Part shown: one piece after another, positions 40,001 to 53,957 of the stretch
How the letters are laid out: each line of letters opens with the position of its first letter
How positions within the stretch are numbered: the first letter of the stretch is position 1
NCBI GenBank assembly: GCA_002633005.1
Contig: NMRA01000505.1
Span: 205,593 to 269,592 of the forward strand
Source of the DNA: Phoronis australis
Lineage: Eukaryota; Animalia; Phoronida
Direction of reading: 5' to 3'
DNA: 64,000 nt
Position numbers and translations under genes: made by a program
Notes under the pieces: model-generated
Seen by the model: only the letters and a program-made list of their open reading frames with translations
The model's database searches: none
Told to the model about the DNA's origin: nothing

Positions 40001-41804
40001 CAAAACAACAACAATGGATTTTCAAGTTGATTTTATTTTTTCTCTTTAATACAGCTCAATAAGTAATGATTACGTCAATATAAAAATCTGAAAGCAGTCA
40101 TTTATTCCTTTCTTGCTACTTTAAATGGAGATGTGCAACGATGTCAAACCCGAGCTGTCAAAATCCCTACCGGATGCCTAAGCAATACGTAGTCCCTGTG
40201 GCATTCAGGTCAATGTAATTGCCTACCACATGCCATGCTACCGGTCTGTTGCCGGGTTCTTGACTATCACAGAAAGAACAATTACGTCTACTGCTTAGTT
40301 TGCTCCACATGAACGCCGAGCACAAAATTGAACGAGGGCTGCTTTTAGTGAACCGGCCTGCTCGTTATTTGGTTACAAGCACTTTTTTGCGCATTACTTG
40401 ATATGCCTAATTGGCAAAGGCTCATTTGAACCGACGTTTACTTAGTTCATTTATTCACTGGAATTCTTACACGGTTCCTAGCTGTACAAATCGGTATCGA
40501 GGTTCTCACGTTGCAAATTGAAGACTCGCTACCTGCTGATGGTCTGAGAGAATTGTATTGCCGTATTGCCGTTCAACACTATAGCCTTAATCTATTGGAT
40601 GTGTTTTGAATTTCAAGAGTAACACAGGGCTGTGGTTTTATGTAATAAATAATCGTCGAAATCTCTTTATTACTCTTGGTCCTCATCAGAATAACTCTTG
40701 ACTTGCACAATTCAATTTACTATGTTTAGAGTCACATTTTACAAGCAAATGTCACAATTCTAAAGTTAGCGTTCCGACGAATAAAAGGAGGACGTATTGT
40801 TATAACATTAGACGCTCGAGTTTTCCACAGGAATTGAGTGTGTGTGCAGCCAGAGGGGTGAATTTCAATAGGAATTTTTAGGCAATTTCCGTATGTAATT
40901 GCAGTTACAAATGCAACTGCACTGGTTAGGATTTCCGTTTGTAAAATATCGAATTTTCTTCTTTTTGTCATATTAATAAACGAAGCACTTAACATATTTA
41001 ACCAATTATTGCCGATTTCAACTACGTGTGGCCTAGCACAATTTTTAATCATAAATCTTTGAGCGCCAGTAGTGTGGTGAGAACAATTGTTTTAATTCAA
41101 CGCATACCGTCGCTGAAATCCAATCTCATTTAAAATAAGCACATTTCAGTACAAAGTAAACACATTTTTTATTCAAATTAGCATTATCTACACTTAACTG
41201 TCGCGTTCATGCGCAAGTTTTGTAGATAGGGCTTGATTGAGACAGCCAGATTGTTATCTTGACAGTTTGAAGACCTCTGCAATGTGCTACTTTCACTGTT
41301 GTCGCGAAACATCCCTGGATTACAACATAACCATCCTGTGTGCTATTCATGTGACCAAAGTTTCGAAATATGCCGTTCAATAAATTAAGCCACAATAGAC
41401 GATCAACGTTTTTAAATGTGTCGTTTAAGCACGCCCCTTGACGTCATGATGCATGCAAGTTAGTTCAACTGTCCCAGGTATGTTCCACGAAAGAAATTCG
41501 TCTTTGCGCCATCGGCTGACAGGATTGTTGTCCAATATACAGAATTGTCGATACATATTGCTAATGTATTGCAATAAACGCCCCATTTCGTGGTGGAGCG
41601 TGCAAGTTTTTTCTTTTACTTCGTTAGGTATTGCAATTGGCAAAAACAATGTTTATATAGGCATAATATCCGCCATCTTGTGTAACGACATTTGTACCTG
41701 CAGCCCATGTTTGTACACAGCTATTGATACACAAGTTTCGTGTCTAGTTCAAATATGACCTCAGAAGCAGCAAGCACATGTGTACATTTCCAGTTAGACA
41801 CTTG

Positions 41805-42974
41805 CAGCCGATTTCATAAAGGTGGTTTAAAGTTAAACCTGGTTTAAACAGGACTTAGACCAGGTTTAATGATAATCTGCATTTCATAAAGGTGGTTTAA
41901 ATTTTAGACCAGTGGTCTTGTAAAACCTGGTTTAACTCCAGTTTAGACCTGGTCTACGTCAGTTTTCATTTCACCAACGAGGTCTATATCCTTCAGACCT
42001 ATATTAAGATCTTAAACTATGTTTAACTTTAGACTTGGTCAGACCCAGGTTTAACTGTTAAATATGTCAGACTTGCATGGTATAGGTACAACTGAACGAT
42101 GCCGCGGTGTGCAATTGCGACGCAGTTTTAGAGCGAAAATGGACTATTTCCAATATTCAGGTTTACTACGACACGAGATCAAACGTAGCAGGGCCGGATC
42201 CAGGGTTTTTTAAAGGGGAGCGGACGGTCAAGGACTTTTTGAAAGGGGGACCAAGTCAACAATTTGAAAATTATAGATTTGATATCATTAAAATCAAGGG
42301 AAAAAGGGGGCTCCGGACCCCTTGACCCCCCTGGATCCGCCTATGCGTAGACCAGTACTTACTGGAGTGTGTCCTGCGGATTCCTCAGAATACGACTGGT
42401 CGATCAGGTCTCATCGTCGCAAGCCCTACGGATTTGACTTAAGACAGCATCCTCTGATTCTTCTGACTGAGTTCCACCTCCACTGTTCTCCGATTCAATG
42501 TTGCCGGGAAGGGTGTTGCCCCCCCTTTGGCCGCGAAAAATAAACACTAAAATAACACGGAAATAAATTTGGGCATTTATCATTTTACATCTAATCATCA
42601 GCATGTTCTTTAAAGTGTTTGTGTTGGGCACACAAATAACATTTTTCCTCATGAGAAAAGCTTTTAGATCTTTGTCGCTAATGTCTGCACTGATTCTACT
42701 GGTGTATGCCATTCTATACCCACGTGATCAAGGTTTCATTGAAACACTTCAATAGTTTCTTTGTTGGGTTTACCCAGATCGACACAGTTGGGTGCCTTTG
42801 ATACTTTAAGCCTGGTTCTACTGAACCAGCTCCCTGGTCTAGCAAAACCAGGCTTTCAGACTTTTAAACCATGTTGGTGAAATGAAAGTTAGGTCTAAAA
42901 TTAGACCAGGTTTAGGAAGACCAGGTTTAAGCCTTAAACCTGGTTTTGTTAAACCACCTTTATGAAATCGGCTG
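41805..42974. mobile_element. PIF/Harbinger-like non-autonomous element
   Basis: 26-bp TIR CAGCCGATTTCATAAAGGTGGTTTAA...TTAAACCACCTTTATGAAATCGGCTG, TTG on both flanks (3 bp), and many AACCTGGTTTAA/AGACCAGG subterminal repeats. Confidence 0.85.
42189..42345 (+). mobile_element. Short MITE related to the CAGGGCGGATCC family, nested in the Harbinger-like element
   Basis: CAGGGCCGGATCCAGGG...CCCTGGATCCGCCTATG with a perfect 5-bp flank duplication CGTAG. Confidence 0.8.
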
Positions 42975-43609
42975 TTGTTGTGCTTATAGGATCTATACCA
43001 TAAATCGTGGATCAATGCGACACATTAATTTCTATGGTATATCAGTATTTACATGAGCTCAATAAACTCTCACTACAGTCTCCTTCCGGTTGCCTTGCGA
43101 TCATTTGTGACTAAACTTAATGGCTGTAACGAGCGCGCTCTTGTTTGTCGTAACAAGTATGTAACTATTGATCACTTCAGCAAACAAGTGCATTGTTTTG
43201 GCATTTTAAACAGCTCACCTGCCACCCGGGAACGGTGACACTGAGCACATTCGATCGAGGCTGCGTTCCCGGCGGAGAGCAAAATTCCTCGCGAGAAAGG
43301 CTAGTGGGATCCTGAGCTTCAACTGTAATGCTATGGGATATGTTGTGAAGTTTTGTGTGATGTTGCGTTTTTCCGAGTTTCCTGGCATCTAAGGAACACT
43401 ACCAGGACCTGTGTTCTTCATCTTTCCCTCGTTGTCGGCAATTGACCTGTCGTCAGCATTATGACTGGCGGCTTAACTGACCAATCAGAACGCAGCATCC
43501 TTGACACACCTTCGTCTGTGTTTCCAAGCCGCCATTTTACCCGACAAACAACATGTTGTCGCTAAAGCGTACTATAGTCTATAGCTCAAAAAGTTGTGGG
43601 ATAAAAATT

Positions 43610-43810
43610 TTGAAACAGTATTGCATATGGCGTGTGTAATTCTGACACCTCGAGAACAATATCTCGTCACTTTTTGGTCATTCCCTAAGCCGAAAAGTGA
43701 TGTCGACTGTGTAAACACTGTAAATTGTGTGGGCGGCTACACGAGCAGCTAAGCTTGGCAATGTTGCTAGATTACTCAAAGATTAAATACAAATAATTTT
43801 GTTCCAAGAT
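43610..43810 (+). pseudogene. Decayed THAP-domain exon, probably from a DNA transposon
   Basis: Across frameshifts it reads (I)AYGVCNSDT..., TFWSFPKPKSD..., KLCGRLHEQL..., FCSK and then ATAAGT (a mutated GTAAGT donor). This resembles the CAWGxCNSD..FPKP..CGRPH..CSK THAP subtype. Confidence 0.55.
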
Positions 43811-46800
43811 AAGTACATTTCACTTGGTGGCTATAGTGTAACAGGTCTGGGCACCTTTGTCTCATCTCCTGGATCCCAGCACACGTCTAGTCTAGTGGAA
43901 AAATCCCCGGAAATTGTTGTTTTTAAGGACAATTTATTTTTCATTTAATAATTCGACCTATAATGGCCACCGTTCTGTTTCATAGCAGACGTACATTTCT
44001 TATATTCATATACCCGTAGGCTAGCGTCCAATTGAACTTTTCACCAAAATTGACAGATTCGACCACCGGATTCATGCAGGGAGGGTCACTAGCTTACTGA
44101 ACTCAAAGACTCGTTCGAGCTCTCGTCACAAAAAATAAACAGTTAAATTACTTTTTGTTGCAAACCACTAGTATACACTACGCCTGTAGAGTTAGGGAGG
44201 TCTCATTCTGTAGTTGTTCACAACACGATACTTGGTTTGATGAAGCTTTAAAAAAAAACAATTTTAGGTATTTTTGAAAATGGTCACTTTTTCTCACTAC
44301 ACCAAACTTGTCATTTTTTCTTACCATACCACAGCTCAGTGATCATCCTACGTTTAAAATTAAATGAAAGTTACCCTTATGCAATAAAACTACAAAAAAT
44401 GTGAAATTCATCAAAAGGTTGGTCCTAAAACTTAAATATCTTTATGGTGCACTGGATTACGGCCAATTCCTTGCATTAATTTGACTTTTGGACACAGCCC
44501 TAGACTTACCGGAGCTAACTGTTTGCCTAGGATGAGATGAGCATGTGGCTGATTTTTTTAATCAAAATATTTCGCTCGAAGAATAGAAAAGTATAAACAG
44601 TGCTATCGACTCAACCTACTTTAATCGGGGAATCCCATCAGTTGTGACCTACTTTTCATTTGGAGGAATTTAGCAGATGACAGAATAAAAATATCGGCAA
44701 ATCTTCACTGATTTTGTTCAAAATATCCTCAAAAATATGGCATCGTACAGATAATTCGACTTTAAGGTACAAACCCAGCTTTACATGAACATATCGCATT
44801 GTATTTTTGCTGGCTCCGAAAAACTTTTCCTCGAACACTTATTTTTTCATAGTCGCCTTTACAAATTCCCAAATCATGAACGTACGATTTTCAGTTGAAA
44901 AGTATCGCATGTTGTCTTTGTCAAAGCGTTTTTAAAAGTGCCAAAAACACTCATCGATTCCACCAGGAAAGTCGTTTAGCGACAATGTGTTTGCCTCTGA
45001 CATCTTGTTCGTTTGTCGGATGTCACGCGACTTTTCGCAAGGGGGCGGAGCTTGCGATAGGTTAGTTGTTCGAAACGACGTTGCACTCCACATGTCGTGC
45101 AAATTGATCCAAAATATTCTCACACTCGGATTCGTCGCTCGTGAGTAGAAGGATAGTTTAACCGTAATTAACTGGTAAAGTAAATCACAGGCCTTCATTT
45201 CAGCGCTCTGTCTTGCAACAGCGAAAATTAACAATTAGTAATAGAATCCGGAAAAAAACAGGAAGGGATTTTATAGTTTTAGACATTTATACTCTTTGCT
45301 ACATGTAATTGGCAGGGAATAATTTCAAATATTTGTAATTCCATGTGGGCGTGTGAAATATGTGTACTTTTTAAACAAGAAAAATGACGTTAAACATTGA
45401 ATCTTGACAAAAGTGGAGACGCGCTTGATGAATGAGGGTGAATACGTTTTAGAAGACCTGAAAGTTTTTATCGATCGATATAGTTGTCTAAAGCGCATGA
45501 AGAAAAACCGCGGTTTTAGGAGCGATATATGGACAGGCGCTAACAGCATTGAACAAAACTGCTTAACAGAATCTTAAGGACAGGGTAGTTTTACACCACC
45601 CGCACTAGTAATTCAAAAAGTAAAAAACCGACCTCACTAGACATGTTTTGACCATAAATATCCATTTTCTTTATGCTTGTTTTTATGAACTCGCTTTTTA
45701 AATTATCAAACCAAGAACATATAACGTATATACGTCACATGTGACGGCTGCTCACGTGAACGTCTGGAAGAGAACTCTAGTAGGGTGTGGGCAACAGATA
45801 ACAAGTGTTAAAACATTAGACCTATTAAGCCTCTTTCAGTGATGGCTTGATTGAAACTGGTTTTGTCAGTACATGCCGTGTAGTACTTCAACGGAGGTTA
45901 CAACACTTATCAATGAGCGAAATCCGATGATACGTTTTCTCACAGTCGTCGCACGTATACTGCGTTTGTGGCGCTTGTCTATTCAGCAGTATCAACAGCT
46001 CACTATCAGGGAATTGCTATTTCGCCTACCTGTCCAAAAGCAAGAACAGCATGCTTGAGATTTCGGTTCGAGTACAGCCTGGAATAGATATTTCAATTAC
46101 CTCGGCCGTTGTTACAAAGATTTACGTGGGTTTTGTATTTTTTTTCAATAAAGCCATTCAATGCCGGTACAAGATGTGAAGAGTCTGTACTGCGTTCCGT
46201 ATACCTCGAGACATTAGCTTGCACGTTCATGAAACGGAAACAAGGAAATCAATCCCGCACTTCAACATTTCCTCTTGACCGACCAATCACTGAACAGTGG
46301 CCACTATTTTGCTAGGACAGGCAAGTAAGGTGACATTGTGAGTTCCCATTGAGTGTTTGCCTGGCAGTGCACATTTCACTGGACTCGACTGAAAACTATG
46401 AACAATGTGAAAAGTTGTCATTTCATCTCAGAACAGATTTACGAGACCACAGACATTGTTTTTAGCCATTTCACTTCCATCGAAAGGGAAACCAGGCTTA
46501 GAAAACGGGGTAAAAAACGCAAAATTCGACGACACTTTTCGGTCCAAAACCACAACCTCTCAAGTCTGAGCACAAGACAACACGATTCAAATTAAAGTAA
46601 ATTCAATACAGACTTCACAGATGTCGTCCAGAAATCATGCCACCCAACCAAATGTTTTTACAAGTTTGGGTTACTTAAGGGCAGATACCTGAAATTGCAG
46701 CAGATTCTTCAGTTACTCCAATGTAAAACTGTTACCATGGAGCAGCCATTTTGAAGATAAGGAAATTTGCGGCCAAACTAATGGACTTTTCAGATTAATA

Positions 46801-48808
46801 GCTTGCTGACAAGCACATCGTCCGTCACTAAGCAGATTCATTGAACCTGCATGTACTTGTAAGTCATACCTCAAAACTACCGCCAAACCTGTACTGCTCC
46901 AAGAATTCAATTTCCATGGAGTGCAAATTCACGTAAGTCGTGACAAAAGACTGTGCAGTGTCCTTTAATTTCCTGAGCATACTCGCGAAGAACTCGATTT
47001 TCACTCACGTGATTTTGCGAGGTCTTGCTTGATCTTGCACTTGTCCATATAAACTTCGTCTACGAAACACACTCCACTGGCTTGTTTCATGAAAAGTGAC
47101 TTTCGACTTGACAGAAAATTGATGAAAATAGGTTTAGCCAAGTGATTACATTTACGAGCTCATAACAGTATAGAAATAATTCATAGAAATTATCTCAGTA
47201 ACTAGCACTTGTGTATATGTACCCAAAGACAATTTTGGTCAGAAATTGTTGTGTGGAACGAAACACCAAATTCCTGACGTAGGATTCTTTAAAGCTGTAA
47301 GAGCCACTTTTCATGAAACGGATCTTGTGTCTATCTTAGGGACCACTATTTTGCGGGAGTGAGCTTATGAAGACCCACTGGCATGAAATTCTAGAAAACT
47401 AAAACTTTTTAATTTTGTTAGAAGGCAATTTTACTTTATTGCATTTTGTTTTCAATGCGGGACTGCGGGCATCAGGCCATGACTGCCATAGTGAATATCC
47501 AGTCTCGATGCAAACACATCACAAAAATAAAGATGACATCAATCTCATGCGACTAAAGAGTACTATGTTCTATTCACGTCCAGTAAAACTCAGTACACTT
47601 CATGCTGATAATTAACCTGTTGGACGCATGTTGATGAAAACTGGCGAGAGTCTGTTGGAGGCAGAAACACTGAGAAAGAATGTTGCACTTTTATCAATCC
47701 CAACTTTGCTTACGGAAATCGTAATTGGTAAAATATTCATACGTAATTTGTTGCCTGTGGTATCCATGTGCAGTTATGAAATACGAATTCCTATGGGAAT
47801 CATGTTGTTGACAAGGTTTCAAATGACGTCTCTCACCAGTTTTGAATTGATAATACCAGGTTAATTACAAGTGACCATGTCAGGACAACGTGGACGCGTA
47901 ATGTATGTAAACCTCCTGCGCAAGGGGTTGTGCATAAACCCGATGTGGTTGATATATTGAGAGCTTCTGGCTGTGACGGTGTGAATTGATGAATATAAGA
48001 AGCAAGTGAGAATACACCGAACTAATCAAAATGCGTGCAATTTAAAAAAAACTGTCCTTTTCAGGTAGCCACCTGAACTGGGATGTTTACCGAGATTTAC
48101 TGTACAGTGTAATTCAACAATTAACATTGGGTCGCGTGCTTAGGATTAGAGAATAAAGCTGGAGTGGAATGACTGCCAAACACAGCAGAGAGTGGACCAA
48201 GGCAATAGCAGACCTATCTATAGCTGACAAGGGAATGAAAGATAACCATAATAATGTGGATAAAGTTCAGATATAACGTGCCCAAATAACCTATTTATAC
48301 ACTTTGGTGGACCTGCAAATGTTGTGCTTTGTTGCTAAGGCACAATTCGTTTTGTCATCATTTTTAACAATGCAAACGTGAAAGAGGGCGTGTTCCAAAC
48401 ATGCAGAACCATTGTAGTTTGGACACGAGAGTTTCAAGCGCGATGAAGATTACGTGCAAGTAGTGAATAAAGAAACAAAGAAATATTTGCAGAACACTGT
48501 CTCCAGGTAATAATGGGCAATCTTCAATGATCATATGCAAATAAAACACAGCAAAAGTTAACTGTGGCCTAACTCTAGTAAACACTTTCCAAAACCACCA
48601 CGACGAAGTGAACTTATTTAATATTCAAATTAAATTTCGTTAAATTTCATACATTCCAAAATAAAGGATCATGATAATGCAACGTGTTGTGGTACCGTTT
48701 TCCAAGTTTGGGTTCCTAAGTTTTGTCCAAGTTAGTGCCGCAATCGTTGTCCATTCTCTATCTTCTGTATAATAACACATGCGAAACATTACGAACCTAT
48801 TTACAACG

Positions 48809-49493
48809 TGACGTCACAGCCGAAACAACGAACTGTTGGAATTATTCTTGGAGCAGGACTATGAAGCAGTAAAATCTGTTGTGTTATCTTGATTTCATTT
48901 CAATCCCCAATTCTCGTAAATGTCTGTCAGACATTCTCTGAAATCAAAGCAAGTGAACGGATAAATAAGCTGTCATTTACGGGGTGAGGTTTTAACGCGG
49001 TGGTTCCCGGTTCGAATTCGCGCTAAGGACAATTTTAGAAAATCTCTTCTTTCGTCGACAATGTCACTTTAAAACTTTAAGCCGCAAAAGACAGATAAGT
49101 GTAACTAAACGCATGTGACCGCTCTGTTTGTTGTCAAGATCTACATTTCATGTGAAAAATGTATCTTCAAAATCACCCGCTATTTTAAAAACCCAGTGGC
49201 GACTATGCAGCCTATAGTGACGTCACAACTTCGCTCAATACCTCGTTCAAATTCATCAACCAATTAGAAAAACACGGATGATGAAGCGCATTAATTGAGT
49301 CGGGCCTGAAAGCTCGTTGAAGCTGGAGTACAAACGGGGAGCACGTCAAATATTGATCGCAGTTGAACTAACAAAGATTTATAGACTATTGCATTAAAAT
49401 TCATCTCATTCGAGCCACTTCACTCAATATATCGAAAATTTCAGCCACAGGTGAACAAGAGAATAAGAGTGCTTAGATAACACCACGGTAAGT
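48809..49493 (+). promoter_or_regulatory. Candidate CRE/CCAAT promoter and non-coding exon
   Basis: TGACGTCA palindromes at 48809 and 49218, CCAAT near 49260, and donor CG|GTAAGT at 49487/49488. Confidence 0.35.
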
Positions 49494-49637
49494 GCTTTAT
49501 CTGAGTCATTACATTGCATTAACGTTACAACTCATGTCCCGTTAGCACTACTAAAGCTCAAGTTGCCACAGTTTTCGTGTTCGGGTCAATTATGAAAACA
49601 TTGCCATTTTTACTAAAGTGGCATTTTGTAAACGTTG

Positions 49638-49761
49638 GACATGATAGGATGGGAAGAACACCTTGACAGAGACATGATAGGATATCAAGTACTATGGGAA
49701 GAACACCGTGACAGAGATATGATAGGATATCAAGTACTATGGGAAGAACACCGTGACAGAT
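49638..49761. repeat. ~45-bp tandem repeat, about 2.7 copies
   Basis: ATGATAGGATATCAAGTACTATGGGAAGAACACCGTGACAGA is repeated. Confidence 0.9.
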
Positions 49762-50999
49762 AACTTACATTGACATCTCATAATTAATTTAAACTCAATT
49801 TTACAACGGCATGTGAAATTGCAAAGTCGACTGCATAAGATCAACGTTGACCTTAGTACGATAGATCATTTATCACACTTCAGGCTGTAGAATTTTTAAT
49901 ATTTACCCCTTGTCTATATCCTTATATCTTACATTTACTTAGTGTCACTTTACCGTCCTTTAAACGGGTCAATTTTTAACATAGCTCAGTGAAATTATCC
50001 CCGTCAAACGTGAGCGCGGACTTGACGAAGTGCAGTGGGACTGGGACTGAAAGAGTGCAAGTAAGACTTTTGAATTAACAACATTAACTATCTTGTCTTG
50101 ATGGTATCACTGTGTCAACATAATGACTGCATAATCATTGGATGAATTTGAAAACATAAGAAGCCTAAAGCAAGTTTAGCTAAATGATACTAATTTAAAG
50201 CATGTTGAATTGAGCTAATCGTGAGTGTATGGTAATGTTGAGTGCAATGGTCGTTATTGAGAGTAAATGGATTTCGCCGAAATTTTAACTATAACAAATA
50301 GTGATAAGCAGACTTCGATGTGGCACTATCCCTATGCAGTATAGTTGATAAACATAATGATATGAGACCTTTAATCATACTTAATGCCGTAAACCTTCCT
50401 ACATTATACAATTACTGACTTTGACCGAGGTCAATATGTTGATTTCAGTCCCAAAATGTGATAATGAGGAGATGAAAGCGAGAAAAACACCAACGTTAAG
50501 GTGGGAACTGTGATGCATTGATGATAATTTGCATTCACTTGGTGGTTTATATTTTAAACTTATTTTAAACAAATGTGACGTCAGAATCCGAATGACATAA
50601 ACAGGCTTAGCACACTTTCGTGATCTGTCACATGCTGGAGGCGTACTTGTGCTGCCGGGGCATACAAACAAGAAGATCTCGGGATCGAACTACAGTATTA
50701 AGTTCACAAGAAAGTTTTTTTTTAAATGATGTCAAATCGCGTTACAATATGGAGGCATGAATGGTCAATGCAGAACAGTATTGCCGCCAAAATATGACCT
50801 TTTAACTTCGTTGCTGCAGTTTCATTTCCTTCGACCGGAAATGAATAAATGGCTCTACAGATGTCTATAAATTATACAAAAAAGAAGTAATGCGAAAGAA
50901 ACCAGAACAACGCAAAAAATAGTGTAAACGTTAGTCATAGTTAGCATTAGCTATTAAGTTAATGCTAACTATGACTGTATAGTTATGAGGCGACAACCA

Positions 51000-51300
51000 A
51001 GAAAAAGGCGCGTAAGATTAATTATCATTACTTATACTAACTCCGTATGTGCTGTGAGGAAAGTGCGTTGAGTAGGAGACAGGTAAAACAGGTCACATAT
51101 AACTGTTGCAATAAGAGGAGTCTCCGAATTGAAGAGGCGCATAATCAAGTTGAAAATAACATGAGCAAAGTAGCGTTTAAAAACCGGAAGTTGAATAAAG
51201 AAGAAATAGCGATAGTACTGCAATACGTAGAGTAATCATCCACGCAGCGGTCACAAGTTGTGTTAAGTCGAGTTCAATTTGTTAAAGGTTGAACGGCAAT
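51000..51300 (+). mobile_element. Possible ancient mariner transposase relic
   Basis: CEESALSRRQV resembles the mariner HTH (xGxxALSxxxV) and HPRSGH near 51238 resembles DxPRSGRP. Heavily decayed. Confidence 0.35.
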
Positions 51301-51699
51301 ACATCAAAAAGAAGTTAGCAACTTCATTTTAACTTTAGTATAGAGCACTAACATGTGAACATTTCTTATAACAGAGTTGCTTTCGGTAAAAAGTTGACGC
51401 CGTTGACGAAGGAGGCCATTAAAAGTAATATCAAGGGTGTTTGAGATTGGTAGCGAAAAAACAATTCTAGTGAAACATGGATAGCTTGATTTGCGAACCG
51501 TGAAATAGGCTTGAAACACTTGAAAGAGTTCTTAGCAGCATGTCATGAGAAAAAATAATAATGATTGAAATCCTAGATCACAGAATTGAGACCACCAACT
51601 TATAGAACAATGCAAGGTCACCAGCATGTAAAAAAGATGGTTAAGCTTATGAACAAGAAGAATACAGCTATTTGAAACAACATTACGTCATCAACAAAA

Positions 51700-52050
51700 A
51701 TAGTATAAATTGAAGGATAAAAACAACCTTGGAATTCACACATAGTTTATCACCACAGGTGGATTAAAATATATTGATGAGTATACGATATAACCAGTTA
51801 CACATTGTGGAATATGTTTTCAAAGAGCGGGTCATGGTTAACTCTGTAAAATGCTCTACTGGCGTCAATAAAGCAAGCCATCAATGTACGGTAAGCATTC
51901 TTTGAAGACGTACCTACAATGACCAGCGTCACGACGTTTTTAAAATCAAAATTATTTGAGAGAGTGATAAGGCAGTCAAAAATATTGAAAATGACAATTT
52001 CAAAAACTTTACTAACTGGCAAGCTGGTTATGCAGTAGGTAATAAAAGTC
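51700..52050 (-). mobile_element. Degraded non-LTR retrotransposon RT fragment
   Basis: ACFIDASRAFYRVNHDPLF matches the RT motif F.D.SKAFD.V.H. Confidence 0.65.
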
Positions 52051-53113
52051 TTTCCACGTGACTTGGCCAGACGTGTCTTCCAAAATAACATAAATTATAA
52101 TTGACAATCAAAAGTCAGGATGAAAGCCATAAATACCCATCAAGTACTCTTGTAGAATGCCAATTAGCATTCAGTATCTAGATGCCAAATTTACTTAAAG
52201 CTTTTTAACAATGCAACTGGAGAGTTAAAGTAAACACATGCTCATGTATATCTCTTCTGTTTGAGTGAGTCTCAGTATCAATACTTTACTTTTATGAGCA
52301 CAGAATCTTATTATCTACACGAAAACAATGTCCAGATGTTCGTAATCACATGATTGCGTTTTTTTGTTTAAGCATCAAGATTTTTCACGGAGATCGCTGT
52401 ATTTTCCACATATGTGATTTGTTTTCACACGAAACTTGTAAATTCTGTTTTTTATTCAATTAACTAAAAAGTGTGTTTGGACGTTTCTTTTAAGATCATT
52501 TAGCCCGTGAACTCGGCTGTCAAAATCAAGACATTTGTTTTTCGCGGAATTCTGACGTCTCCATTTTTGACGCACAGTTCTTGGGCTAAAAGATCTCAAA
52601 GAAAATTCCAGATACGATTTGCAGTTTGCAAGTTTTCTGGGAAAAACATGTTTGTGGAAATACCAAACATCCCCGTGAAAACATTGTTTAGAAGAATATG
52701 TACGGAATTTTAATTCGTTCACACTTTAAAACTTTTTGATCATCTTGAATTTTAAAAATAATATAGGTTAATGGGACTAGACACTCATCTGAGCAAACCA
52801 TTATCTACTCTAGAACACAAACACAGACACACTTATTTCGAATTCGCACTAAAGTACAGCAGAAAATGTTAAGCATAGTTTCGAGTTCGATTTCGAGTAC
52901 AGGGATAACTTTCCTTGCCCATTCCAGCTGCAGCCCACTGTTCTTACAAATCACATTTAGATGTATATGCATGTAGGAAAGCAAAGAAACAAGTGGGGAA
53001 CCACACTGCGGTAACCATTGTTGCGAAACATCTGCTTACCCTGATCAATCAGACAAGTCATTTTAAACATCTTCAGTAAACGAGTCTGTCATTGCACGAA
53101 ACGCTAGTTAAAT

Positions 53114-53957
53114 ATAGATTATTACATGGCGAAGTCGTTATCCTCCGTATTCTAGAGCCCGAGTGGATTTTGGAGAATTATCCCCTAGGGGCGTTAGCCC
53201 CAAGGGTGATACTTCTCCAAAATCCACGAGGGCTCTAGATAAGGGGGATAACGACTGAGAACATGTAATAATCTATTTATACCACATACTGAACGAGAAA
53301 CATTGCAATGAATCGATCTACCTTTCCCGACTCGCCTCGGCTTTGTAACTACTTTCTATGTCAGAGGCCCGGGGTCGGAGGTCGTGACCTTTTAAGAAAA
53401 GCCGAGCTATTTTTGTCAAATAATGCTTTTACTCAAAACCAACTGAAAATTACAAAATAGAAATAAAGTGAATCTATGAATTAAGGTTTAGCAACTATTA
53501 TAGCTTACTACACATTTTTTCACGCTAAGCTTCGACCGGGAAAATATCGTCTGCTAAAGTAGGTTACCAATGTAACTGACTATAATGCTCACGATACCAG
53601 CTTTCAAATTGGAGATCGGTGATTTACAAGTGAGAGAACACGAGAGAAAATTTTCATTAAGTTAAAATATCGTTTTTATGGAAATTATGCGTCTTATTTT
53701 TCATAGCGTATAAATGTCGGTACAATACCCTTTGCTGAACATGCAATTGTTGCGCGTGCTCATAAAAGTATTCTAGTTTCACGTTCGATGACGTCAGCCG
53801 CTGAGTGGTGTAGTGGTAAAGTCGGCGACTCGAAACACTTGAGGCCCGGGTCCGAAACCGGCCTCGGTTTCCCGAAAATATTATCTCACTAGTGAGATAA
53901 CTAAATGGGTTATTACACGGTTGTATTTGCCATTCGAAGCTAATGTTGTGGTATTAG
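53114..53957. mobile_element. Non-autonomous element with a long terminal hairpin (possibly Crypton-type)
   Basis: 53114-53276 is a ~75-bp-arm inverted repeat (ATAGATTATTACATG...CATGTAATAATCTAT) centred on CCCCTAGGGGCGTTAGCCCCAAGGG. ATACCACA just after the hairpin is inverted at TGTGGTAT (53947-53954). The family assignment is tentative. Confidence 0.55.
53797..53868 (+). pseudogene. tRNA-derived sequence (not a credible functional tRNA)
   Basis: A-box TGGTGTAGTGG, B-box-like GGGTCCGAAACC in a CCGG stem, about 72 nt long. Acceptor and anticodon stems pair poorly. Confidence 0.6.

Noticed and set aside
53797-53868. Functional tRNA gene
   Set aside because: The T-loop has TCC instead of TTC, the acceptor and anticodon stems are mismatched, and it is embedded in a repeat.
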